DNA from: Acidobacteriota bacterium
Lineage (GTDB): Bacteria > Acidobacteriota > UBA890 > WLXD01
Direction: 5' to 3'
Length of the DNA stretch: 64,000 nucleotides
Assembly: GCA_965248695.1 (NCBI GenBank)
Contig: CBDFKD010000002.1
Location: 5,161,691-5,225,690, forward strand
Shown: one piece after another, positions 19,563 through 29,885 of the stretch
Numbering within the stretch: position 1 is the first letter of the stretch
Layout: each line of letters opens with the position of its first letter
Made by a program: the position numbers and the translations under genes
The notes under the pieces: model-generated
Seen by the model: only the letters and a program-made list of their open reading frames with translations
Told to the model about the DNA's origin: nothing
The model's database searches: none

Positions 19563-21118
19563 ATGCCACGCCGCAAGGGCAGGTGCAACGAGTCGGAGTG
19601 CAACAACGCTTCGCGGACATTCGCCGCTGCCGTGCTCATGGCGCTGCTGTCGACGATTGGCTGCGCTGCCGCCTCCAGTCGCGACTCGCCCGTGGTTCGC
19701 GTCGGATCCAAAGCGTTCACCGAGAGTTTTATCCTCGGCGAGCTCATCGCGCAGATCATCGAGGACGAAGGCGAGGCAGCGGTCGAACGCCAGCTGGGAC
19801 TGGGTGGTGCTGCGATTGCGTTCCGGGCTCTGTCGAGCGGCGAGATCGACGTTTATCCCGAGTACACCGGGACACTGACCCACGCAATCCTCCGGGACCC
19901 GGCCGTTGTCGGGGTAACGGAACTTCGCCTGCGTCTGCGAAACATGGGCCTCTCACAGTCAGTGATCCGCTGGGATTCCAGAATACGTATGCGCTGGCGA
20001 TGCATCGCGAGGCGGCCGATTCTCTCGGCATCGAGAAGATTTCCGACCTCCAAGGGCATCCCGAGTTCCGGGCGGCGTTCAGCGCCGGGTACATCGATCG
20101 CGCCGATGGATGGCCGGGCCTACAACGGCGCTACGCACTCGATTTCGCGGACGTCCGAGTGATCGAGCATTCCCTGAGCTACGAAGCGGTGGCTCGCGGA
20201 GAGGTCGACCTGATCGATATCTACTCCACGGACGGCAAGATCGATCGTTACGACCTCCGTATTCTGGCCGACGATCTGGAGTTCTTCCCCGACTACGACG
20301 CCGTGATGGTCGTTCGTGAGGACTTCATCGCTCGGTACCCCCGCAGCTGGGCGCGGCTGGAGGAGCTCCTCGTAGAGGGGTTCGATGACGCCGGGATGGC
20401 ACGGCTCAACGCGCGTTCGGATCTCGACGGAGAGACGCCACGCGCGGTCGCAGCCGCGTTCTTGAACGGTGGACAGCCCGGTCAGCCGAGCACCATCTCG
20501 ATCAGAGACGAGATCCTCGGGCTGACGCTGGACCACGCCTATCTGGTGCTGCTTTCGCTGGGCCTGGCCAGCCTCGTTAGCGTCCCGCTCGGCGTCGTCG
20601 CCGCACGCTTCCGTCGCCTCGGGCAAACTGCTCTGGTGTCGGTGGGGGTCCTGCAGACAATTCCGTCGCTGGCGCTGCTGTGCTTCATGATCCCGTTGTT
20701 CGGAATCGGGCAGGCGCCGTCTCTGGTGGCGTTGTTTCTGTACGCCCTGTTGCCGATCGTTCGCAGCACCTATACAGGGCTCATCAGCCTGGATCGCCAG
20801 CTACTGGAGATCGCGGAGGTGCTGGGGCTCAGCCGCTGGCAACGGCTGGCCCGTGTCGAGTTGCCCCTCGCGTCGGTCCACATCATGGCTGGAATCAAGA
20901 CGTCGGCGGTGCTTACGGTCGGAACGGCGACCCTCGCCGCCTTCGTCGGCGGCGGTGGCTACGGCACGTTGATCGTTCGAGGGTTGGCCATCAATCACAT
21001 CCCGACGATCCTTGCCGGCGCCGTCCCCGCAGCTGCTATGGCGCTGGTAATCCACGCCGGCTTCGAGCTGCTCGACCGGGTCGTGATCCCGGAGGGTTTG
21101 CGGCGAGCCCACCGCTAG
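19563..21118 (+). pseudogene. Frameshifted fused substrate-binding/permease protein of an osmoprotectant ABC transporter
   Basis: Lipoprotein signal LSTIGC plus the start of the binding domain lie in frame 3. The remainder (PLGFQNTYALAM..., then the permease TM domain) lies in frame 2. The switch is at the CTCTC run near 19949-19953. Confidence 0.65.
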
Positions 21119-21121
21119 GCC

Positions 21122-21934
21122 TCAAGGACGCTCGGCGGGACCACCACCGCGAGTCTGGGATCGCGGCGTCCGGAACATCATGCCAGGGATTGTTTGCTGG
21201 TCGTCGGCATCGAAATCGTCGAGTCCGATCCGTACTGCATCGACGTCCTCACGCAGACGGAGGCTCCCGAGCACGAAGTCCCAGTAGGGAAACAGCGACC
21301 CGTAGTTGGAGTCCGTCTCGGACCGCTCTCGGCTGTGATGAACGCGATGCATCGCCGGGGTAACGACGAGGAGCAGAAACCCGCGGTCGATCCATCTGGG
21401 CAGCGCGACGTTGGAGTGGTGAACGAGCACCACCGGCAGGACGATCGCTTCGTAGAGCGCCAGATGCCAGATTGACATGCCGATGAGCTGCATCGCGACG
21501 ATCTTGGTAAAGAACGACAGGACTACTTCGACGGTGTGAAAGCGCACGCCGGTGCTGGCGTCCATGAACGGATCAGCGTGGTGCATGCGGTGGAAGCGCC
21601 ACAGAAACGGGATGGCGTGGTTGCCGCGGTGCCACAAGTACATCCAGAAATCGAACAGCACGATGGCCACCAGCGCGCCCAGCCATGCCGGGAGGTCGTA
21701 GGCGCGCAAGAGGCCATAGCCGTTCGCTGCCCCCCAGCTGTTACCGACAATCGCGAGCCCGGAGAAAACAACTGACACGATGACGGAGTTCAGCACGCCC
21801 ATGAAGAGGTTGCGTGCGTCGTGGCGGATGCGCGCGCCGCGGCGGTCGCCGAACTGCGCATAGAACGGTACCCAGGCCTCGCCGAGCCAGAGCGCGATCA
21901 GAACGAGACCGCCGACCAGGGTCTTGGGCTCCAA
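21122..21934 (-). CDS. Sterol desaturase / fatty acid hydroxylase family membrane protein
   Basis: Histidine boxes HRGNH, HRMHH, HHSN and HRVHH, with hydrophobic segments. Confidence 0.7.
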   Translation of the reverse strand: MEPKTLVGGLVLIALWLGEAWVPFYAQFGDRRGARIRHDARNLFMGVLNSVIVSVVFSGLAIVGNSWGAANGYGLLRAYDLPAWLGALVAIVLFDFWMYLWHRGNHAIPFLWRFHRMHHADPFMDASTGVRFHTVEVVLSFFTKIVAMQLIGMSIWHLALYEAIVLPVVLVHHSNVALPRWIDRGFLLLVVTPAMHRVHHSRERSETDSNYGSLFPYWDFVLGSLRLREDVDAVRIGLDDFDADDQQTIPGMMFRTPRSQTRGGGPAERP

Positions 21935-22133
21935 GACCTATACCCAGGCGCAGATGGTCGTCCCGGAGCCGAGAGTCGCGCCGTCAGGTAGTGACGCCAT
22001 TGTGTTTCCGAGTAGAAGGGACCGGTACGGGGCGATGGTATCCTGCGCCAACTTGAGCCGCACTGGCCGACTTGGCGAGGGGACGACGACGAAGGCGCCT
22101 CTGGAACAGCGAGGTCGATGACCACGCGCGGCG

Positions 22134-23576
22134 ATGCGAAGCCCAGGAACGGAGGCGTCGATGCTCTTGAGTGGCGAGATTGCTGAGGTCGGGCAGCGCG
22201 GCCCCGTCCGGCCCCGCCTGCGGCGTGCCTGGGTGGCGACGCTGGTGCTCCCCGTGTTGCTCGGAACCGCGCAGACGCCGTACCGCGCCGCGGAAGGCAA
22301 TATCGAGTTCGCCCTGACCGGTGATTCGATCATCAGTCGACCGTTGTCGGCCTACGTCGAGCCCGAATTCACGGCGATGGTCGAAGCCATACGCGCCGCT
22401 GACCTGGCGTTTACCAACCTGGAGATCGCGCTCCAGACGGTCGACAAGCTGACGCCGATGGTTTCGGATCGGGAAAGCTACATGTTCGCCGACCCGATCA
22501 TCGCCCAGGAGCTCGCATGGGCCGGCTTCGATGCTGTCAGCCGGGCAAACAACCATGCGCTCGACTACGGCTGGGACGGAATGCGCGCTACCAGCCGTGC
22601 TTTGGACGCCGCCGGGGTGGCGCACGCCGGGGTGGGGGAGAACCTCGCACTCGCCGACGAGGCCACCTACGTGCAGACGGCGAACGGCCGTGTGGCGTTG
22701 ATCTCGACCGCGTCGAGCTTCGATACCTTCCATCCGGCGCGGCCCCAGCGCCCCGATATTCGAGCCACCCCGGGACTCAACCCGATCCGCTACCAGCGCA
22801 CGACCACGCTGCCAGCGGACGAGTTCGCGGCCCTCAAGCAGATTGTACGTAGCCTCGGTCAGGGGGTTGACGAGGCGAGCGCAGAGCTTGTTTTCGCCGG
22901 GGAGACGTTCGCCCTCGGCGACGAAGCCGGTGTGAGAACCACCGCCGACCCGACTGATCTTCAACGTATCCTCTCGAGCGTAGATGCCGCTCGGCGCCAG
23001 TCCGACTGGGTGGTCGTCGCTACCCACACGCACGAGAGCGCCGGACGGCGGGAGCTACCGGCTGATTTTCTGGTGCAGTACGCGCGCGCCGCGATCGACG
23101 CTGGGGCGGACGTGTTCGTGGGCACCGGACCGCATGTGCTGCGCGGCATCGAGATCTACAAGGGGCGCCCTATCTTCTACAGCCTGGGCAACTTCTTCTT
23201 CGAGAACGAGACGGTGCGATACCGCCCGTCGGCTGAGTATCGCGATGTGGATCTGCCGGCTGACAGCCGCACGGTCGACTACTACGACTACCGTCAGCAG
23301 ACTCAGGCGGGATATTTCACCCTCGACGCCTGGTTCTGGGAATCGGTCGTGGCGATGCCGAGATTCGAAGCCGGTGCGTTGAAGGAGATCCGCCTCCTAC
23401 CAGTGACGCTGGGTTACGACACGCCCCGTTCGCGTCGCGGCCGACCGATGCTCGCCGGGCCCGAGCTGGCTCGGAAGATCATCGATGATCTGGCGCGGCT
23501 GTCCGCGCCTTACGGCACCGCGGTTCGATTCGAGGATGCTGTAGGTGTGATCACGCCGCCCGTGACCGGGTGGTGA
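22134..23576 (+). CDS. CapA-family (poly-gamma-glutamate capsule-type metallophosphatase) protein
   Basis: SRANNHALDYG motif. Start codon uncertain. Confidence 0.6.
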   Translation: MRSPGTEASMLLSGEIAEVGQRGPVRPRLRRAWVATLVLPVLLGTAQTPYRAAEGNIEFALTGDSIISRPLSAYVEPEFTAMVEAIRAADLAFTNLEIALQTVDKLTPMVSDRESYMFADPIIAQELAWAGFDAVSRANNHALDYGWDGMRATSRALDAAGVAHAGVGENLALADEATYVQTANGRVALISTASSFDTFHPARPQRPDIRATPGLNPIRYQRTTTLPADEFAALKQIVRSLGQGVDEASAELVFAGETFALGDEAGVRTTADPTDLQRILSSVDAARRQSDWVVVATHTHESAGRRELPADFLVQYARAAIDAGADVFVGTGPHVLRGIEIYKGRPIFYSLGNFFFENETVRYRPSAEYRDVDLPADSRTVDYYDYRQQTQAGYFTLDAWFWESVVAMPRFEAGALKEIRLLPVTLGYDTPRSRRGRPMLAGPELARKIIDDLARLSAPYGTAVRFEDAVGVITPPVTGW

Positions 23577-24565
23577 TGCGCCGGGGCCTCATCCGAGCTC
23601 TACCTTGGCTCGCCGTCGGCATCCTGGTTTGCGCCGCCTGTACGGAACCGGAGACAGTAACGGGCGATCGACGGCTGCAGATCGCCGTCATTCCGAAGGG
23701 CTCCACGCATCAGTTCTGGAAGAGCATTCACGCCGGCGCCATCAAGGGCGGATTCGAGGCCGACGTGGACGTGCTCTGGCAGGGCCCGGTGCGCGAGGAT
23801 GACCGCCAAATGCAGATCCAGGTGGTGCAGAACTTCATCAGCCGCGCGGTCGACGCCGTTGTTCTGGCGCCGCTCGATTCCCGTAGCCTGGTGGGACCGG
23901 TCGAAGCGGCGGTCGGCCGCGACATCCCGGTGGTCATCATCGACTCGGGATTGGATTCGACCGCCCAGTCAGCGTTCATCGCCACCAACAACTACGAGGG
24001 TGGACGCCTTTGCGGCCTGCGGTTGGCCGAGGTGCTCGGCGGTAGCGGCAAGGTGTTGCTGTTGCGCTTCATGGAGGGTCACGCGAGCACCACGGCTCGG
24101 GAAGAGGGCTTCCTCGACGCCATTGGCGAGTTCCCCGAGATCGAGGTCGTCAGCGACAACCAGCGCGCCGGCGCGACGCTTGAAACGGCCCTGCAGGCCT
24201 CGCAGAATCTGCTCAACAGATTTCCGGAAGTCGACGGGGTCTTCGCCGCCAACGAGACCTCCACACAGGGCATGTTGCGCGCCCTGCAGACTTCTGGCCG
24301 GGCCGGGATCACGCGTCTCGTCGGCTTCGACGCCAACGCGACGTTGATCGCCGCGCTCGAGGCCGGAACCATCCAAGGGCTGGCGGTGCAGGATCCGTTC
24401 GCGATGGGATACCTCGGTGTCAAGACCGCCGCCGCCGCCGCTCGCGGCAACGAGCACGAGGTGTACGTCGAAACCCGCTTGATGATGATTACCGCCGACA
24501 ACATGGCCGAGCCGGCAGCGCGCGAGCTGTTGTCGCCGGATCTGGAAACCTGGCTCGACGAGTGA
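23576..24565 (+). CDS. Sugar ABC transporter substrate-binding lipoprotein (ribose/CUT2 type)
   Basis: The ATG overlaps the upstream TGA. Signal ending in CAAC. Periplasmic-binding-protein type I features. Confidence 0.7.
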   Translation: MRRGLIRALPWLAVGILVCAACTEPETVTGDRRLQIAVIPKGSTHQFWKSIHAGAIKGGFEADVDVLWQGPVREDDRQMQIQVVQNFISRAVDAVVLAPLDSRSLVGPVEAAVGRDIPVVIIDSGLDSTAQSAFIATNNYEGGRLCGLRLAEVLGGSGKVLLLRFMEGHASTTAREEGFLDAIGEFPEIEVVSDNQRAGATLETALQASQNLLNRFPEVDGVFAANETSTQGMLRALQTSGRAGITRLVGFDANATLIAALEAGTIQGLAVQDPFAMGYLGVKTAAAAARGNEHEVYVETRLMMITADNMAEPAARELLSPDLETWLDE

Positions 24566-24604
24566 TCCGGGACACGGGCCGCGAGTCAGCGTCTCGGCCT
24601 CACA

Positions 24605-26146
24605 GTGCCTGAGCCCCTTCTGGAGGTTGACGGCATCGAGAAGGCCTTCGGGCCCGTGCGCGCCTTGCGGGGCGTCTCCGTGCGCCTGGAGCGGGGACAG
24701 GTCCTCGGGCTGATTGGCGAGAACGGCGCCGGTAAGAGCACGCTGATGAATGTCCTTACCGGCGTAGCTCAACCGGACCGAGGCAGCATGCGTCTGGCCG
24801 GGGAACGCTACGCGCCCACGTCGCCGTTGGAAGGGATGCGGGCGGGTATCGCCGCGATCCATCAGGAGCTGAGCCTGGCGCCCCACCTGAGCGTCGAGGC
24901 GAACATCACCCTTGGGCGGGAGCTGTCCCAGATCGGGATGCTGCGCTCGCAGCGAGCCCGCGTACGCGAGGTCCTGGCGTTGCTCCAGCACGGAGACATC
25001 GACCCGGGCGTCTCAGTAGGTGAGCTCAGCCTGGCTCGACAGCAGATCGTCGAGATCGCCCGCGCCCTGTTCGCCGACGCCCGCATCGTGGTCATGGACG
25101 AGCCCACGAGCGCGCTTTCGTCGGCCGATACCGACACCTTGTTTCAGGTGGTGGACCGACTCCGGCGACGCGGCGTCGCGTGCATTTTCGTGAGGCACTT
25201 CCTGGAGGAGGTGCGCCGTATCTGTGATCGGTTCACGATGCTGCGCGACGGGCAGACGGTCGCCAGCGGCGCGCTCGAGCAGACCACAGACGACGAGCTC
25301 ATTTGCCATATGGTGGGTCGGGAGGTCGGCGAGCTCTACCCGCAATCGCAACGCCGGCTCGGGGAGGTGCTTCTGCGGGTCAGCGATCTATCAGGCTGCG
25401 ATGGGAAGCCTTCTGGGGCGGACATTACGATCCGCCGCGGCGAGATTCTGGGCCTCGCCGGGCTCGTCGGTGCCGGGCGAAGCGAAACGTTGCGCTCGCT
25501 GTTCGGCCTGCATCGAGCAGTGACCGGACATCTCGTGGTCAACGGCGGATCCGGGCTGCAAGTTCGCGAGCTGACGCCGGCGCATGCCCTGGATCAGGGC
25601 GTCGATCTACTCAGCGAGGATCGGCAACTCGAGGGGCTGGCGCTGGGGATGTCGATCTCCGCCAACGTCACGCTCTCGGCACTAGGGCGGTATCGCAAAT
25701 GGGGACTATTGGATCGGCGCCGCGAAGATGACGGCGCCGCTGGCTGGGCGCGACGGCTCGGAATCAAGATGCACGACACGGCTTCGCCAGCGGCAACGTT
25801 GTCGGGCGGCAATCAACAGCGAGTGTGTCTCGCGCGCCTCCTGCATCGCGACGCGGATGTGTTGTTGATGGACGAGCCGACCAGAGGCATCGACATCGGC
25901 ACCAAAGCCCGTATCTACCGCCTGATGCACGAGCTCGCCGACTCCGGGAAGGGACTCCTGATGACCAGCTCCTACTTGCCCGAGCTGTTCGGAGTCTGTG
26001 ACACGCTGGCGGTCGTTCACCGGGGAGCGATCTCGGCCCCGCGACCTGTCGGCGGATGGACAATGGAAGAGGTGATGCGTCTCGCTACCTCTGGCGCACC
26101 AGACGCTGGCCTACAGGTGCGTACCGCAGGATCGGAGCCGGCTTGA
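24605..26146 (+). CDS. Sugar ABC transporter ATP-binding protein, duplicated ATPase (RbsA-like)
   Basis: Two nucleotide-binding domains, GENGAGKST and GLVGAGRSE, plus LSGGNQQRV. Confidence 0.8.
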   Translation: MPEPLLEVDGIEKAFGPVRALRGVSVRLERGQVLGLIGENGAGKSTLMNVLTGVAQPDRGSMRLAGERYAPTSPLEGMRAGIAAIHQELSLAPHLSVEANITLGRELSQIGMLRSQRARVREVLALLQHGDIDPGVSVGELSLARQQIVEIARALFADARIVVMDEPTSALSSADTDTLFQVVDRLRRRGVACIFVRHFLEEVRRICDRFTMLRDGQTVASGALEQTTDDELICHMVGREVGELYPQSQRRLGEVLLRVSDLSGCDGKPSGADITIRRGEILGLAGLVGAGRSETLRSLFGLHRAVTGHLVVNGGSGLQVRELTPAHALDQGVDLLSEDRQLEGLALGMSISANVTLSALGRYRKWGLLDRRREDDGAAGWARRLGIKMHDTASPAATLSGGNQQRVCLARLLHRDADVLLMDEPTRGIDIGTKARIYRLMHELADSGKGLLMTSSYLPELFGVCDTLAVVHRGAISAPRPVGGWTMEEVMRLATSGAPDAGLQVRTAGSEPA

Positions 26147-27114
26147 TGGAGACTCCGAAGGTCCGCATCGCAGCACTCGGTCCCTTCATAGGTCTTGCGG
26201 CCGTGGTGATCTTCTTCGCGGCGATAACCCCGCCGGCGTTCCAGTCGCTGTACAACCTCAAGACGATCCTTACGCAGAGCGTCATCGTCGGCATCGCCGC
26301 TCTGGGCATGACATTCGTCATCGTCTCCAGGGGCATCGACCTGAGCGTAGGCTCGCAGATCGCGCTGGGGACTGTCGTCACCGGGCTGGTGGTGAATTCG
26401 GCCGGGCAGGGATTCGTCGGCCCCCTGCTTGGTGCCGCTGCCGGAGTGGCGGCGTGCGTTGCGGTGGGCGCCCTGAGCGGCGTCCTCATCACGCGGTTCA
26501 ACGTCATTCCGTTCATCGTCACGCTCGGGATGATGCAGATCGCGCGCGGCGTCGCCAAATGGCTTGCCCGCGAAGGGACGCTGGCGATCCCGGACAACTG
26601 GCTCAACGATCTGATGCTGGTCGATCCACGCCCGACGTGGTTGATGTTCGCGCCCGGCGTGTGGATCGCGGTGGCGCTCCTGGCTGCTTCGACGGTCATC
26701 CTGATGCACACTGCGTTCGGGCGTTATGTGTTCGCCATCGGCTCCAGCGAGCGCACCGCCCGGCTATGCGGCGTGCGGGTCGAACGGATGAAAGTCGGAA
26801 TCTACGCGCTGAGCGGCTTCTTCACCGGCGTTGCGGCGGTGATGCAGTGTGCCTACCTCACGGTGGGTGACCCGACATCCGCGGCCGGCTTGGAGCTCGA
26901 CATCATCGCCGCAGTCGTGATCGGCGGCGGATCGCTAGGGGGTGGCGAGGGCAGCGCTGTGGGCTCGGTCGCCGGGGCATTGATCATGGCGGTCCTGCGC
27001 AACGGCAGCAACATGCTCGGAGTGCCGCACTACGTGCAGGAGATCATGATCGGCGCGTTCATGCTCGCCCAAAGCAACGGACATGCAAATGTCACGCAAA
27101 CCTATTTTTTGTAG
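26146..27114 (+). CDS. Sugar ABC transporter permease (RbsC-like); C-terminus apparently altered
   Basis: ATG overlaps the upstream TGA (TGATG). Multi-TM protein. The last ~15 codons run into AT-richer sequence at about 27068. Confidence 0.7.
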   Translation: METPKVRIAALGPFIGLAAVVIFFAAITPPAFQSLYNLKTILTQSVIVGIAALGMTFVIVSRGIDLSVGSQIALGTVVTGLVVNSAGQGFVGPLLGAAAGVAACVAVGALSGVLITRFNVIPFIVTLGMMQIARGVAKWLAREGTLAIPDNWLNDLMLVDPRPTWLMFAPGVWIAVALLAASTVILMHTAFGRYVFAIGSSERTARLCGVRVERMKVGIYALSGFFTGVAAVMQCAYLTVGDPTSAAGLELDIIAAVVIGGGSLGGGEGSAVGSVAGALIMAVLRNGSNMLGVPHYVQEIMIGAFMLAQSNGHANVTQTYFL

Positions 27115-27297
27115 CAACTTACAGGCGACCCTCTTGTGGGGCTAATTCTGTTCTTTCCGGTCTATTTCGGGGTGTTTCCCGGGTTTCCTGGTACAAAAGT
27201 GGTATCGGGGTGCCGGCGCTCGCGCAGCACAGGAGGGTAGCGTGCGGGGCGAGGCGATGTGGCGGCTCGAAGAACTGCTGAGGCTCGGGAGAGCGGC

Positions 27298-28302
27298 ATG
27301 AGGCACTTCCGGCTGATCTGTGCCGACGTGCTGGAGGGCCTCGCCCGGTTACCCGACGAATCGGTCCACTGCGTGATAACGAGTCCGCCGTATTGGAGGC
27401 TGCGCGACTACGGTACCGACGGCCAGCTCGGGCTGGAGGCCACGCCCGAAGAGTACGTGGAGACCATGACGGGCGTGTTCCGCGAGGTGCGCCGTGTGCT
27501 GCGCTCTGACGGCACGCTGTGGCTGAACATGGGCGACTGCTACGCGAGCGGCGGGTACGGGGCACGAGATCCCGAGAGGTGGCCGGAGCAGAGCCGAAAC
27601 AACCATATGCGGCACGCCAGGGCACCAAGCGGCGGCCTCAAGCCCAAGGATCTCGTCGGCATACCTTGGCGGGTCGCCTTAGCGCTACAGGCGGATGGCT
27701 GGTGGCTGCGAAGCGACATCATCTGGGCCAAGTCGCCACCGATGCCGGAATCGGTCAAGGACCGCCCCACGAAAGCGCACGAGTACGTCTTCCTGCTGTC
27801 GAAGTCCGCTCGCTACTGCTACGACGCAGATGCGGTTCGAACGCCCTATCGCCCTGCGACGCGGAGCGATTTGGTTGATGGCAGGTGGCGAAAATCCAAC
27901 ATCTCTGGGTGGGCAAATTCGCCGAACTTTCACGGGGCCAATCCGACTAGTAGGCCGCAGCGCCCTTGTCACCGCGGCGGCAAAGTCAAGCAAGGTGCGA
28001 ACCTGCGCTCGGTCTGGACCATCTCGAATAGCGGCAAAGATGCGTTTCCCGAAGCGCACTTCGCAACCTTCCCGACCAAGCTCGTGGAGCCGTGTGTGCT
28101 GGCCGGCTGCCCCGAAGGCGGTGTCGTGCTTGACCCCTTCTGCGGCTCAGGCACCACGGGCGTCGTCGCACTCCGCGCAGACCGGCGCTTCGTGGGTATC
28201 GAGCTCAATGAGCAGTACGTGGAGATGGCGCGCCGCAGGATCGGAGATGACGCGCCGCTGCTGAACCGCGAGGACCCGATGCTCCTGGATCTAGCGGCAT
28301 GA
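27298..28302 (+). CDS. DNA methyltransferase (beta-class amino-MTase, N4-C or N6-A)
   Basis: SPPY motif near the N-terminus. SAM motif DPFCGSGTTG near the C-terminus. Confidence 0.8.
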   Translation: MRHFRLICADVLEGLARLPDESVHCVITSPPYWRLRDYGTDGQLGLEATPEEYVETMTGVFREVRRVLRSDGTLWLNMGDCYASGGYGARDPERWPEQSRNNHMRHARAPSGGLKPKDLVGIPWRVALALQADGWWLRSDIIWAKSPPMPESVKDRPTKAHEYVFLLSKSARYCYDADAVRTPYRPATRSDLVDGRWRKSNISGWANSPNFHGANPTSRPQRPCHRGGKVKQGANLRSVWTISNSGKDAFPEAHFATFPTKLVEPCVLAGCPEGGVVLDPFCGSGTTGVVALRADRRFVGIELNEQYVEMARRRIGDDAPLLNREDPMLLDLAA

Positions 28303-28622
28303 TCAGCTTCGAGTCCCCCGCGATCCCCGACGTTGAAGGCGTGGACATCGCCCCGGAGCGCGCACTTGCCGCTGCGGTGATCCGTCGGGCGATTGTCGAC
28401 CTGGGCATGGTGGCAACGTGGCGTGATCGAACCGAGCGGCCCGCTTGCACGTGCAAGAGGCTACGGGAGATCGGCCCCGAATCAGACCTGGTTGCGTGGT
28501 TGTCGCACCCGGAGGAGTTGCGCCCCTGCTCGCTGGGCTGGTGGTGTCAGTACATCGGTGCTGACCCGGTGGCGCTCACCGAACAACTGCGTCATCGAGG
28601 GCTCTTGGAGGCAGCGGCATGA
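28299..28622 (+). CDS. Hypothetical phage protein
   Basis: ORF overlapping both neighbours by 4 nt. No recognisable motif. Confidence 0.4.
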   Translation: MISFESPAIPDVEGVDIAPERALAAAVIRRAIVDLGMVATWRDRTERPACTCKRLREIGPESDLVAWLSHPEELRPCSLGWWCQYIGADPVALTEQLRHRGLLEAAA

Positions 28623-29866
28623 CTCCAACGCCCCGCCGGATCGAGGATCTGCAGCCGGCGCCCTACAACCCGCGCACTATCGATGCCCCCTCGCTGGAGG
28701 CGCTGAAGGCATCGCTGGGTACCTTCGGCGACCTCTCAGGTATCACCTTCAACGAGCGCACCGGGCACCTCGTTACGGGCCACCAGCGCGTGCGTGTGCT
28801 ACGCGAACAGCACGGCGAGTCAGCGCGCATCCGTCACGCCGGCAAGGAAGCGTACCTACACGTGGGCTCCGAGCGGTTCCGGTTGCGCGTCGTGAACTGG
28901 GACGAGGAGACGGAGCGCGCCGCGAACATCGCCGCCAACTCGCCCCTGCTCGCAGGCATCTTCACGGACGATCTACCCGACCTGGTGGCGCTGGCCCAAG
29001 AGGAGTTGCCGGAGCTGACCGATGCGCTCCGATTCGATGATCTGCTGGAAACGCTCGACATGGGACCGGAGCCCATCGAACTGCAAGATGACGAGGTGCC
29101 AGAGCCACCAGCCAACCCGGTGACCAAGCCCGGGGACGTATGGACACTGGGGGATCACCGGCTTATCTGTGGCGACGCGCAGGATCCTGGTGTCGTCGCC
29201 GCGCTGCTCGGCGATCATGTCCCGTTGCTCATGATCACCGATCCGCCCTACGGCGTGGAGTACGAGCCGGAATGGCGCGAACGTGATTTGGGAGAAAAAC
29301 ATGCGGGCCGGCGGTCCGGGATTGTACGCAACGACGATTGCGCCGACTGGCGAGAGGCGTTCACCCACTTTACCGGCGATGTCGCCTACGTATGGCACGC
29401 ATCCTTGTTCGGTGCGGTCGTGCTCGAAGGGTTAGCGGCGGCGCGGTTGGGGCCTCGTGCCCAGATCATATGGGCCAAGCCGCAGGGCGTGATCTCACGT
29501 GGTCACTATCAATGGGCTCATGAGCCGGCCTGGTACGCGGTGCGCCGCGGCCGGAGCGCGCGCTGGAGCGGAGACCGGTGCCAAAGCACGCTCTGGCGCA
29601 TCTCCAACCAGCTACGAGCCTCCGAAGGCAAGACGGACCACTCGACGCAAAAGCCGCTTGAGTGCATGGGCCGTCCGATGCGCAACCACGGCAAGGTCGG
29701 CGATGGGGTCTATGACCCGTTCGTGGGCTCGGGTACCACGCTCATCGCCGCCGAGCAGCTGGAGCGCCGCTGTTTCGCCATCGAGATCGACCCCGGCTAC
29801 TGCGACGTAACCGTCGAGCGCTGGGAAAACCTGACCGGCTCCAAGGCCAACCGGTGCACCCCGTGA
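28619..29866 (+). CDS. ParB-like nuclease domain fused to DNA methyltransferase
   Basis: N-terminal ParB/Srx-type block (PYNPR, VTGHQR), then DPPY and DPFVGSGTT. Confidence 0.8.
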   Translation: MTPTPRRIEDLQPAPYNPRTIDAPSLEALKASLGTFGDLSGITFNERTGHLVTGHQRVRVLREQHGESARIRHAGKEAYLHVGSERFRLRVVNWDEETERAANIAANSPLLAGIFTDDLPDLVALAQEELPELTDALRFDDLLETLDMGPEPIELQDDEVPEPPANPVTKPGDVWTLGDHRLICGDAQDPGVVAALLGDHVPLLMITDPPYGVEYEPEWRERDLGEKHAGRRSGIVRNDDCADWREAFTHFTGDVAYVWHASLFGAVVLEGLAAARLGPRAQIIWAKPQGVISRGHYQWAHEPAWYAVRRGRSARWSGDRCQSTLWRISNQLRASEGKTDHSTQKPLECMGRPMRNHGKVGDGVYDPFVGSGTTLIAAEQLERRCFAIEIDPGYCDVTVERWENLTGSKANRCTP

Positions 29867-29885
29867 TCATCCCAGGCACACACCC

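Noticed and set aside
21984-23033. 349-aa minus-strand ORF
   Set aside because: It lies antisense to the CapA-family gene, which has a recognisable motif. Its Arg/Gly/Val-rich composition is typical of shadow ORFs in GC-rich DNA. The same reasoning was applied to 16758-17489(-), 36241-36963(-), 44989-46002(-), 49250-50224(-), 19344-19883(-) and similar ORFs.
27119-27628. 169-aa minus-strand ORF at the prophage junction
   Set aside because: It is antisense to the methyltransferase gene, which has clear motifs, and its composition is shadow-like.
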